Positions 16,501 through 26,291 of a stretch of 64,000 nucleotides of DNA are shown here, piece by piece; the stretch's first letter is position 1; each line of letters begins with the position of its first letter. This stretch comes from Candidatus Marinacidobacterales bacterium (lineage in GTDB: Bacteria > Acidobacteriota > Vicinamibacteria > Marinacidobacterales > DATDRI01). Both the position numbers and the translations under genes were made by a program. Below the pieces are notes generated by a model, which saw nothing but the letters and a program-made list of their open reading frames with translations, made no database searches and was not told the origin of the DNA. The stretch spans positions 2,432,001 through 2,496,000 of the forward strand of contig CBDCNP010000002.1 in assembly GCA_965219415.1 (NCBI GenBank). Reading direction: 5' to 3'.

Positions 16501-18906
16501 GTGGAATCTCCAAACACTTCCGAGCGAGCCAAGGCACGCATCCTGGAGGGGGCCCTCCTCCCTATTCTCTTTCTCCTGCTTCTAGCTGTTCTCACCTACC
16601 CGGGCATCCTCACTGGGGGCGTCATCCTTCCCACCGACTGGCTCTACGAGGCGTTTTATCCTTGGAAGAGCATGGCCCCCTCGGTCGTGAGCGCTAACCC
16701 TCGGCAAAACGATGCGGTCATGCAGCCGTACCCGCTCGATCTCTACACGAGGGAGCGGATGCGAGAAGGCGAAGTCCCTCTTTGGAATCCTTACCTCGGA
16801 AGTGGGATCCCTCACTTGGCGACGGGGTTCAATCGGGTTTTCTACCCGCTCGTTTGGCCGGGGCTACTGCTTTCGGCTCCGGGGTCCCGCAACCTCGAGA
16901 TGTTCCTGCACTTGGTTCTTGCCGCGGTCTTCCAGTTTCTGTTCCTGAGACGCCTCGGTTGCGGCAGGGCGGCTTGTCTCTTGGGTGGCATGGCCTTCGG
17001 TTGGAGTAGCGCCCTCGCCGTGAGAGCGCCGCTCAACTACGTCTCCGACACGTTGATTTGGCTGCCGCTCCTTCTCTTCGCGGTGGAGGGTATTCTCCAG
17101 GGGATCCGGGGAAGCGTCGCGGTCCTGGCGCTGTCGGCGGGGCTTCAACTGCTTGCGGGCTCGTTGCCCGACGTCCTGTCGGGTTGGATCTTGATCGCGT
17201 TCTTTCTTCTGGGGCGTCTCATCGGTAAGGGTGCATCGACGTGGGCGAAGGCACTCCTGCGAGTGGGGGCGGGCGTCGTGCTCGCGGCGATGCTATCCGG
17301 CGTACAACTCTTGCCTCATCTGGAGCTCGTTGGCCTCAGCCATCGCGGTGGTAGAAGTTATGAAGAACTAAGTGCTCGCGGCGCGCCCGTTGAGAGCCTC
17401 GCAACGTTCCTCTCCCCCCGTGTGCTTGGCTCGGATCCCGATCGGACGTCTTTCGGTCCTCCGCGCGTGGTGCAGTTGTACATCGGGGTCGTCGCGTTGG
17501 TGCTAGCGCTCCTATCGTTGCGAAGGGGAGTCCGGAGAATCGAGGGATCGCTTCTTCTTGCCGGGATTGGCACCTACCTCGTTGCTTCTGGGACGCCGCT
17601 TCTCTATGGGATCTACTGGATCTTCCCCCCCATCGCTGGTTTGCGTTACGTCCATACGTTCGCGGCCGTTTCGACCGTGGCCTTCTCGGCGTTGGCGGCA
17701 CTCGGGGCGGAGAGGCTGGCAAAGAGTCCGCCCACGAGAGTGAAGCCACTGGGCGTCATCATGGCCCTAGCGGCCGTTGCCTCGGTGAGCCTTACCGTCA
17801 CTTCCTTGAGTGTCGGGCCAACCTCGCCCTCGGGCAACGCGATGCTCGAGCTCGGCACCGCGTTCGGTTTGGTGACTGCCCTCTTTGCGGTCCTCTACTT
17901 TTGCAGCGTGGGGAGGTTTTCTCCGCGCGCCATGATCCTTTTCCTGATATGTCTCGCGGCCGCCGACTTGATCCGATTTCCGGCGCACCAGAATCCGGTG
18001 ACGTCGATCGAGCGGTTTCCGATCTTCCCGACGACGAAAGGGCTCGAGCTGATCGCGGCCGAGGAGCGTCTTTACCGCGCGTTGGCCGTCGTGCCCCGTA
18101 CGGCGGGACCCCTCGGCCCGTGGATGGCAGGCCCGAATTCGCTGATGGCCTACGGAATCCCCGATGCGAGTGCGTACCATTCACTTCTTCCCGCGCGGTT
18201 GGTCCGCTACTACTCTGTGATGGAACGTCAGTTCGAGAGAGCCAGAGGCGGCAGGGCGCTAGGCGAGGGGCGCGGGTTTTTCAATGTCCTGGAGAGTTAT
18301 GGGTTCAGCGCCAATCCCATGGCGAGGCTCATGAACATACGCTACGTCTTGTTTCGCCCTGGCGAGCGCCCACTCGATCATCACGGTCTGAGGCATCTCT
18401 ACTCCGATGAGATGCGCGTCTTTCAGTACGTGGAACAGCAACCGCGCGCATATCTTGTTCAAGACTACGAGGAGTTTGAGAGTCCTCGGGCAGTCATGCG
18501 GCGATTGGTATCTCCCGATTTCGATCCCAGCAAGACCGTTCTTCTCGAGCAACCACCCGGGCTCTTGCCGAGGCTCGAAGCGGATGAATCAGCGGGAGAC
18601 GTCCAGGTGCTGACTTACCATCCCGAGCACGTGCGACTACAGGTTGAAAGCGGGTCGGAGGGGATTTTGGTTCTGTGCGACTCTTACTTCCCGGGGTGGA
18701 AAGCGACCGTCAACGACGAGGAGGCCGAGATTCTTAGGGCGAACTTTCTGTTTCGGGCGGTAAGAGTGCCGAGCGGCCGAAGCATCGTGGACTTTCGCTA
18801 CCAGCCCAGGTCTTACGGTGTAGGAAAGTTCGCAAACCTATTGGGCCTCGCCCTAGTCTTCAGCTTATGGGGAGTATGGGTGGTGTCGGCTCGGGTGCCC
18901 CGATAG
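16501..18906 (+). CDS. YfhO-family membrane glycosyltransferase (GT-C)
   Basis: D...Q.YP, PLWNPYLGSGIP; C-terminal PRAY...LVLCDSYFPGWKATVN...ANFLFRAVRVPSG...F.YQP. Confidence 0.85.
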   Translation: MESPNTSERAKARILEGALLPILFLLLLAVLTYPGILTGGVILPTDWLYEAFYPWKSMAPSVVSANPRQNDAVMQPYPLDLYTRERMREGEVPLWNPYLGSGIPHLATGFNRVFYPLVWPGLLLSAPGSRNLEMFLHLVLAAVFQFLFLRRLGCGRAACLLGGMAFGWSSALAVRAPLNYVSDTLIWLPLLLFAVEGILQGIRGSVAVLALSAGLQLLAGSLPDVLSGWILIAFFLLGRLIGKGASTWAKALLRVGAGVVLAAMLSGVQLLPHLELVGLSHRGGRSYEELSARGAPVESLATFLSPRVLGSDPDRTSFGPPRVVQLYIGVVALVLALLSLRRGVRRIEGSLLLAGIGTYLVASGTPLLYGIYWIFPPIAGLRYVHTFAAVSTVAFSALAALGAERLAKSPPTRVKPLGVIMALAAVASVSLTVTSLSVGPTSPSGNAMLELGTAFGLVTALFAVLYFCSVGRFSPRAMILFLICLAAADLIRFPAHQNPVTSIERFPIFPTTKGLELIAAEERLYRALAVVPRTAGPLGPWMAGPNSLMAYGIPDASAYHSLLPARLVRYYSVMERQFERARGGRALGEGRGFFNVLESYGFSANPMARLMNIRYVLFRPGERPLDHHGLRHLYSDEMRVFQYVEQQPRAYLVQDYEEFESPRAVMRRLVSPDFDPSKTVLLEQPPGLLPRLEADESAGDVQVLTYHPEHVRLQVESGSEGILVLCDSYFPGWKATVNDEEAEILRANFLFRAVRVPSGRSIVDFRYQPRSYGVGKFANLLGLALVFSLWGVWVVSARVPR

Positions 18907-18914
18907 GCGTGAAA

Positions 18915-19157
18915 CTATTCTTCCTCGCCCTCGGCGAGTTCGTCGGCTTCCAAGTCGGCGAGCTGTGGCTCTTCCTCGATGCGATAGAAGGGAAGCAAAC
19001 CCTTCTCCACCTCACGAAGGGCGATAGCCGCCGGCTTGCGGGACTTCGTTCTGAGGAGAGGCGCGGCGCCTTGCATGAGTTGCCGTGCACGCTGCGCTGC
19101 AATATTGACCAACAAAAAAGGGCCAGGCTCTAAATCTTCTTCTGAAGTTGTTGCCAC
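18915..19157 (-). CDS. rpoZ: RNA polymerase omega subunit
   Basis: FLLVNIAAQRARQLMQGA.P......KP..IALREV..G; AGGAGG RBS; acidic tail. Confidence 0.88.
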   Translation of the reverse strand: MATTSEEDLEPGPFLLVNIAAQRARQLMQGAAPLLRTKSRKPAAIALREVEKGLLPFYRIEEEPQLADLEADELAEGEEE

Positions 19158-19293
19158 TTGAAATCCTCCTTGTCCTTGCCTTCGGGCCCTCCGGAGACTC
19201 GCTCCGAGCGGCCGGAGACCAGGAACCCCCCATTATACCCCAGCATGGCCACGCTTGTGGCATAATTAGCGGTTCTGGAGGGATGGTGTCTTT

Positions 19294-19374
19294 CCTCTCC
19301 CTTCCGCCTTCGCTAAGGCTTCGGCGGACCCGCCGTAGTCCATAGAATGGAGACGGACGGAGGCGGGCTGGGGG
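19294..19374. repeat. REP-like element, inverted homolog of 4561-4644
   Basis: cctctcccttccgccttcgctaaggcttcggcggacccgccgtagtcca...ggacggaggcgggctggg matches the reverse complement of 4561-4644. Confidence 0.75.
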
Positions 19375-19513
19375 ACTGCGGGCATCAAGCAAGGGTGCCC
19401 ATGGTGGACGCCAAGACAGCGAGTAGCTATTGTTTTGCCGTCAAAATAGGCGGTGCCAAGAAGAAGGTGGCCAAACGGCGGGTGAGGGCAAGGAAAGACT
19501 CTTGTTCCGTTAT

Positions 19514-19545
19514 CCCTCTCCCTCTGGGAGAGAGTAGGGTGAGGG
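19514..19545. repeat. Short REP-like palindrome (host element lacking the nested insert)
   Basis: ccctctccctctgggagagagtagggtgaggg; its reverse complement matches the outer arms of 4549-4656. Confidence 0.65.
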
Positions 19546-19567
19546 CATTAGAGAGGAGAGGTTCAGC

Positions 19568-20716
19568 GTGGCGCGTTCAAAAGTGGCGGTCATCCGCACC
19601 CAGCCGGAAACGGTCTTCGAGGATTACGGCAAGGCGATGCGGATGGCCGGTTATCAGGATTTCCTTGCCAAAAATAAGGATACGGCGCTCAAGATCAATA
19701 TTTCCTGGGGAAAATTCTACCCCGCTTGCTCGACCACGCCATGGCAGCTGGAGGGTGTCATACGCACCTTGCTAGCGGATGACTACTGGCGTGATTTGGT
19801 TCACGCCTGCCACAACCGCACGGTCGTGGTCAGCGCACGAGCCGGGGAGCGGAAGAACCGACACAAGGTTGTGGTGGATCGGTACGGCCTTCGGAACGTC
19901 CACCTCTACGAGAAGTCCGAGGAATGGCTCCACTACGAGCCGAAGGGTAAGACGCGGGTTCTCCACGAGGTTTTTCCGAAAGGGATCCACATACCGAAGC
20001 GTTTGATCGGTGAGAACATCATTCACCTCCCGACGATGAAGACCCACGTGTTCACTGGCATGACCGGCGCGATGAAAAATGCCTTCGGTGGTCTCCTGAA
20101 CGAGAAACGCCATTGGACACATTCTGTGATCCACGAGACTCTCGCAGACCTGCTCATGATCCAAAAAGAGATTCACTCCGGCCTCTTTGCGGTCATGGAC
20201 GGCACGGTGGCCGGTAGCGGGCCAGGACCCCGCTGCATGAATGTTCACCTCAAGAATCTCGTCTTGGCTTCGGCCGATCAAGTCGCCATCGACGCGGTGG
20301 CCGCGAAAATCATGGGCTTTGACCCTCTCGACCTCGCCTTTATCAGAAGTGCTCACGAACGAGGGTTGGGAGTGGGCGATCCCAAGGAGATCGAGATCGT
20401 CGGAGAGGATATCGAGGAAATGAACTGGGGCTTCAACGCCGGCGATACGTTTGCCAGCAAGGGGCAGCACGCTATCTACCATGGTCTGTTCAAACCACTC
20501 GAGAATCTCCTTCTGCGCACGCCCTTGGTGGTTTGGGCCTACGTAGCTTCTTGGGCCTACCATGACTGGTACTGGTATCCGTTCATCGGAAGCTCACGGG
20601 TTGCGGAGTTCATGAAAACTCCCTGGGGGCAGATGTTCGAGCGTTATGGAGAGCAGGGTGACCTGCCGCTCGGATCGCCCGAGCCGTCACCCGCCTTGGC
20701 CAGCGAGTCCGGGTAG
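19568..20716 (+). CDS. DUF362 domain-containing protein
   Basis: LKINISW, STTPWQLEGVI, HLPTMKTH, TGAMKNAFGG, MDGTVAG.GPGP, DQVAIDAVAAKIMG. Confidence 0.88.
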   Translation: MARSKVAVIRTQPETVFEDYGKAMRMAGYQDFLAKNKDTALKINISWGKFYPACSTTPWQLEGVIRTLLADDYWRDLVHACHNRTVVVSARAGERKNRHKVVVDRYGLRNVHLYEKSEEWLHYEPKGKTRVLHEVFPKGIHIPKRLIGENIIHLPTMKTHVFTGMTGAMKNAFGGLLNEKRHWTHSVIHETLADLLMIQKEIHSGLFAVMDGTVAGSGPGPRCMNVHLKNLVLASADQVAIDAVAAKIMGFDPLDLAFIRSAHERGLGVGDPKEIEIVGEDIEEMNWGFNAGDTFASKGQHAIYHGLFKPLENLLLRTPLVVWAYVASWAYHDWYWYPFIGSSRVAEFMKTPWGQMFERYGEQGDLPLGSPEPSPALASESG

Positions 20717-20907
20717 GCTTCCCGCCTGCGCCGTGGTCGAGGTATCCGATCCCACGGCCACGGCGTGGCCTCGCCGAAGCACCGCGAAGGCGAGCGGCGC
20801 GGCAAGCCCCGAGGGTGGGGCCCGCGGGGGCATTTCCCAATTTGGCCTAGATGGACTAAGATCCAGGGGCTTGTCAGGGCTCCATGGGGAGCTCAATTTG
20901 AAGCGAC

Positions 20908-21333
20908 ATGAAGGAGAAGAAGAGGAAGAAGAAGAAGAAGATGACACAGGTGGATCGGCATCTGCAGGAAGAGATGCATGTTGAAGTGGGACGCAGAATC
21001 CGCGAGCTACGGCAGGAGAAAGGGTTGCTTCAAGAAGAACTGGCCAGGAAGGCGGGCCTTTCCGCCTCGGCCTTGTCGAACTTCGAGCAGGGGCGACGGC
21101 GTATCTCCCTAGAATGGCTCAGGAAGATCAGCAAGGTCCTGGGAGTGACGGTCTCCGACCTTATCCCCGACAGTCGAGTTCGCAAGCCCCTTGCCGAGAA
21201 CGACGAGGAAGAGGGACTCCTCGGCAGCTGGAGAAGAATCGGGAACTCCGATGTGCAGGATCAGTTGCTCGAGCTCATCGAGCTGACTGCCCACAGCAAG
21301 TCGACGCGCGGCGCTACTAGCCCGCGGCGGTAA
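20908..21333 (+). CDS. XRE-family HTH transcriptional regulator
   Basis: VGRRIRELRQEKGL.QEELA..AGLS.SALSNFEQGRR; alternative start at 20941. Confidence 0.88.
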   Translation: MKEKKRKKKKKMTQVDRHLQEEMHVEVGRRIRELRQEKGLLQEELARKAGLSASALSNFEQGRRRISLEWLRKISKVLGVTVSDLIPDSRVRKPLAENDEEEGLLGSWRRIGNSDVQDQLLELIELTAHSKSTRGATSPRR

Positions 21334-21393
21334 CCACAGGGAGAGCCATCATTCTTCTGGGAGTGGTGTGCCTGAAGCCTGTCGGCCGCCAGC

Positions 21394-22089
21394 TTAGAGG
21401 CTTTCGGTCAAGAAGCCTCTAGAGAAGAGCTGCGTGAGATTACGAACGAGATCTTGCTCGGCCAGACGACCATCCTCTTTGTACCATTGGTAGATCCAGT
21501 TCATCGAGCCGAGTAGAAAGAAGGTCGCTGCCGTCGGATCGATGTCCTGCGCGATCCCCTGCTCCTTCAGCTGAATGAGGATGTTGCGGACCAGCTCGAT
21601 GTAGGCCTTCTTCCGCTTGAGGATTTTTTCTCGGTACTCGCCGGTAAGACCCGTGCGCTCGTGCAAGATGATCGTCACCTCGCGCGGCCGGTGAATCACC
21701 ATGTGCACGTGATGTCGGATCATCTGGCGGAGCAGCTCTCGAGGTTCCTCGATGCTCCCTAACGGCTTCACCACCGTCTCGTCGAGCAGATCCAAGCCAT
21801 AGTCGGTGATTAGGTAGAGCAGGTGCTCTTTGCCTTCGACGAAATAGTAGAGCCCTGCTTTGGTAATGCCGACCGCTTCGGCAATATCGCTCATCGAGGT
21901 GGAATCGTAGCCCTTGACGCAGAAGAGGTGCGCGGCTTTCTCTAGGATCTGAGCCCTCCTCGGGCCGAGCTGGCCCAAACGGGCCTGCGATTTGGGTGCG
22001 GATGAAGTCGTTTTACTCAAGAGGTCTCCATTGGGTCGGGACGTTTCGCCATCCTTTCTAGCGGCCCGCCTCTCGGAAGTCAAGCTCAT
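21394..22089 (-). CDS. TetR/AcrR-family regulator (KstR2-like C-terminus)
   Basis: ILEKAAHLF..KGY..TSMSDIAEAVGITKAGLYYF; GSMNWIYQWY...G.L. Confidence 0.9.
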   Translation of the reverse strand: MSLTSERRAARKDGETSRPNGDLLSKTTSSAPKSQARLGQLGPRRAQILEKAAHLFCVKGYDSTSMSDIAEAVGITKAGLYYFVEGKEHLLYLITDYGLDLLDETVVKPLGSIEEPRELLRQMIRHHVHMVIHRPREVTIILHERTGLTGEYREKILKRKKAYIELVRNILIQLKEQGIAQDIDPTAATFFLLGSMNWIYQWYKEDGRLAEQDLVRNLTQLFSRGFLTESL

Positions 22090-22272
22090 GGGCGAAGTTG
22101 GGTCTTACCTCAATAGAACGAGGTGTTGCGATCTCACCTCGTTCCGTCGCAGGGGAAAATCTGTCGCATTCGTCACTGACGACGGCTAGCCGGTCCGCGT
22201 AGCACGGTCGACAGGCCAATGGATTTCCCGAGAGTCCCTGTGCTAGACTCCTGCTTCCCAAACAAAGAGAAG

Positions 22273-25200
22273 GTGACGAAAGTGTCCGAGAAGCGAGACT
22301 TTCGCGAGCGGTTATCGCGCGAAAACACTGCAATCAGGCGAGTTCGGCAGGTTTCGTGCCCGGTCATTTTAGCTACTTTGCTCATCATGGTAACTCCCGA
22401 GCGAGACCGAGGCTCAAGGGGATGAGATCCAAGAGACGGCGCTCGAGCAGATCCGGACCCTGATGGCGGAGAAAGCGGCCCGCAGCGATAGCGAGAGGCG
22501 GCTCGACTCCCAACTCCTACTCGAGCTGAAACGCCGTCGCGGGCATGCCGTTGCACGGTCCGTCCCCAGCCTGATTACGGGTGTCGAGACCGATGCCGAC
22601 GATACCACCCTCGTCGTCGATATCAAAGCCGATTTGACCGGCAACTTGGTGGCCCAGATTGAAGCATTAGGGGGCACGGTCGAAAGTCAGCACCCCAACT
22701 ATCGTCTGTGTCGCGCCCGGGTGCCGGTGAATAGTCTCGAGGCGTTGGCCACCGATCCGGCCATCCAATACATCCGTCCGGCGTTCAAACCCATCACCAA
22801 CAAGATCGACACTTCGGAAGGCGACGTGGCGCACGCAGCGGACGAAGCGCGCACCACCTTTGGGGTCGATGGGACTGGGGTTCGTCTTTGTGCCCTTTCG
22901 GACAGCGTCGACTACCTGGCCTTGCTTCAAGCCGCAGGAGATTTACCGGCGGTGACAGTCCTCCCAGGGCAAAGCGGAAACCCGGGCACCAGCGAGGGAA
23001 CCGCGATGCTCGAGATCCTTCACGATTTGGCCCCCGGGGCCGAGCTCTACTTCGCCACCGCCTTTAGCAGTGAGGCGACGTTTGCGAGCAACATCCTCGC
23101 CCTCCGAGCCGCGGGCTGCGACATCATCGTGGATGACGTCTTCTATCCCGAAGAGCCGACTTTCCAGGACGGTATCGTTGCCCAAGCGGTCAATTCAGTT
23201 ATCGCGGACGGCGGGTTTTTATTTCTCTGCGGCTGGCAACTCCGGCAACATCAATGATGGCACATCGGGAGTGTGGGAAGGTGATTTCTCGCGCCGATGC
23301 CCGCACCGCCTCCCCTGAGCGGCAACGAAGTCCACGACTTCGGCGGCGGGAATCTACTACAACACGGTCGCCTTCGATACCCCATTTCTTTTTGCGCTGC
23401 AGTGGTCGGACCCGACCGGCGGGTCGGCCAACGATTACGATCTCTATCTCCTCGATCCCTCGAGAAGCTCGGTCTGGGCCGCATCCACCAACGTCCAGAA
23501 TGGTAATGACGACCCGTTCGAGTGGATCGATTCGCAGTTTTTCGACGACACCGGTACCCACCTGGTCATCGTTCGTAAAACGGGTGCCGAGGCTCGTTAC
23601 CTTCATTTGAACTCCCATCGAGGCGTTCTCGCCGAGGCGACCGACGGACAGATTACCGGACACGCAGCGGCGATGGACGCGTTCGCGGTGGCCGCGGTGG
23701 ACGTTTTCCACGCACTCGGTGGCGAGTTCACCGGCGGTGCCACGAACCCAGTGGAGTGGTTCAGCTCCGATGGACCGCGACAGATATTCTTCGAGGCGGA
23801 CGGAACGCCGATCACCCCCGGCGACTTCCTCTCCACGGGAGGCGAGCTGCGGCTCAAACCCGACGTCGCCGCCGCGGACGGCGTGACGACGGCGACTCCC
23901 GGTTTCGCTCCCTTCTATGGGACCTCGTCCGCCGCACCCCATGCCGCGGCCCTCGCCGCACTGATGCTTCAGGGGGACCCGATTCTGACTCCGAGTAGGC
24001 TTCGTGATCTGCTCAGCGCGACCGCACTCGACATTGAAGAGCCTGGGTTCGATCGGGACTCCGGTGTCGGTATCTTCGGGGCTCGCAAGGCGTTATTGCA
24101 TCTCCTCGCCGATGCAACTTCCGATCTCTCGGTGAGCATCGTAGACGTCGTCGACCCCGTCGTCGTCAAGGACAATGTCACCTACACGGTAACGGTGACC
24201 AATCCGGGGCCCGATTTAGCGCTCGATGTCGTCATGACGCAGACGCTGCCGGCGGGAACGAGCTTTCAGTCCGCGGTTCCCGCACAGGGTAGTTGCCTGG
24301 AATCTAGCGGGGAGCTCACGGGTCCGCTCGGTGACGTCGACGTCGGAATCACCGTCGCAATCACCGTCGTGGTAGCGAGCACTTCTGAAGGCACCCTCTC
24401 AACGACTGCCAGCGTGACGGGCTTCGTCATCGATACGGTCGTGGGCAACGACATCACGACGGAGACGACCACCGTGGTGGCGCCAATCATTGCCCTCACC
24501 GTGGACGAGGTCGATCCCGGTTCGTACGGTTTTGGCTTCGGCACCGACCAACACCGGACCGCTCTGGTCACAACGTTCACCGGCAGCGAAACGAGCACGT
24601 ACTACCTACAAGTCACCGGTTGGGACATCGACTACGGTAATGAGATCTCGATTCACTTGAACGGCACACAGATCGGCCAGCTCACCAAAGGCCCTAACAA
24701 CAATCTGAACGAAGGTGACGTGTTCGCGCTGGAGCCGCCTTTGGTGGTGACCGGTCAGAACACACTCGAGTTCAAGGAGAGGGTCACCGGCTGGACCTGG
24801 GGTGTAACGGAGATCGGCGTACTGAGTGCGCCTCCGGCAGTGCCCGTCGTCGCACTCACAGTGGACGTCGTCGACACGGGTTCGTATGGGCACAACTACG
24901 GCACCGATGAGCACGAGACCGTTTTGCCGGCTACCTTCACCGCTGATGGAACCAGCACTTACTACCTCCAGGTTACGGGCTACGACATGGACTACGGCGA
25001 CGAGATCTCGGTCTATTTGAACGATCAAGTGCTCGGATTTCTCACTGCCGGGCCCAATAACGCGCTCAACGGAGGCGATCTGTTCACGTTGCCGCCGGCC
25101 TTGGCGATGGCGGGTCTGAACACGATCGAGTTTCGGCAGAGAACGGTGGGTTGGACCTGGGGCGTGACGGATCTCGGTGTACTTAGTGCTCCTCCGGCAG

Positions 25201-26269
25201 GCGCGGCTCCGGTGATCGCACTCACCGTGGACATGGTCGACGGCGGTTTGTACGGACACAACTACGGAACCAACGAGCACGAGACCAGTCTGTCCGCGAC
25301 GTTCACCGGCGATGGGACGAGCACGTATTACCTTCAGGTCACGGGCTACGACAGCGATCATACCGCCGAAATTTCTGTGCATCTGAACGGCGTCCAGATC
25401 GGTGTTCTCGCCCAGGGCCCGAACGACAGCCTGAACGCAGGCGACCTGTTTACCCTGGCTCCCCCCTCGGTGGTCGCGGGTGAGAACACCCATCGAGTTT
25501 CGCCAGAGCGTGCCGGGTTGGACTTGGGGGACGAATCTCGGTGTGCTCAGCGCCCCTCCAGTTGGAACTCCACTCGTGATCGCGCTTACCGTGGACGACC
25601 TGCCCCACACCGGCATGTACGGACACAACTGCGGCACCAGTGAGCACGAGACGCTTCTTGCTGCGACGTTTCACCGGAGACGGGACCAGCATCTACTACC
25701 TCCAAGCCACCGGCTACGACATCGGCTACAACGACGAGATCTCTGTTTGGTTGAACGGCACGCAAATCGGGTTTCTGAGCAAAGGTCCAAACAATGGCCT
25801 AAACGCAGGCGATGGGTTCACAAACACCATCGAGTTTCGTCAGAGGACGGTGGGTTGGAAATGGGGCGTAACCGATCTCGGTGTGCTTACCGTTGCGCCT
25901 CCTGGAACGCCACCGGTCTTGACGCTCGCCTTGGATAGCGTGGACGGGAATTCCTATGGGCACAACTATGGCACCGGCGAGCACAAAACCGTTCTTGCAG
26001 GGATTTTCACCGGCGATGGAACGAGTACCTATCACTTGCAGGTGACTGGCTACGACATCGACTATGCCGACGAGATTTCTGTTTGGTTGAACGGCACCCA
26101 GATTGGGTTCCTCGCCAAAGGCCCGAATAACAAACTGAACGCAGGCGACCTCTTCACGCTGCCGCCAACTTTGCATGAAGCGGGCCCCAATGCCATCGAG
26201 TTTCGTCAGAGGACGGTGGGTTGGAAATGGGGTGTGACGGATCTCGGGGTGCTGACGTCACTGCCCTAA
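22273..26269 (+). pseudogene. Large secreted S8/S53-like subtilase with DUF11 and five C-terminal repeats, split by frameshifts (real or sequencing errors)
   Basis: LSDSVD (Asp), SEGTAMLEILHDLAPGA (Glu in place of His), SAAGNSG, KPDVAAADG, FYGTSSAAPHAA (Ser); DUF11 at about 24120-24480. Frames change near 22420, 23220, 23300-23360, 25490-25530 and 25670. Start approximate. Confidence 0.8.
24486..26266 (+). repeat. Five tandem ~360-bp (~120-aa) coding repeats
   Basis: Units start at about 24486, 24846, 25212, 25576 and 25916; consensus ALTVD.VD.G.YGHNYGT.EH.T...TFTGDGTSTYYLQVTGYD.DY.DEISV.LNG.QIGFL..GPNN.LN.GDLFTL.P......G.NTIEFRQRTVGW.WGVTDLGVL. Confidence 0.92.
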
Positions 26270-26291
26270 CGAGGATGTGAGGGTCGGCGGC

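Noticed and set aside
20717-20830. GC-rich hairpins after the DUF362 gene as an ncRNA
   Set aside because: Partly explained by the REP-like hairpin at 20770-20794; no family signature.
24486-26266. Repeats as a CRISPR array or DGR template/variable pair
   Set aside because: Units are ~360-bp coding repeats without spacers, differences are not adenine-specific, and no cas or reverse transcriptase gene is present.
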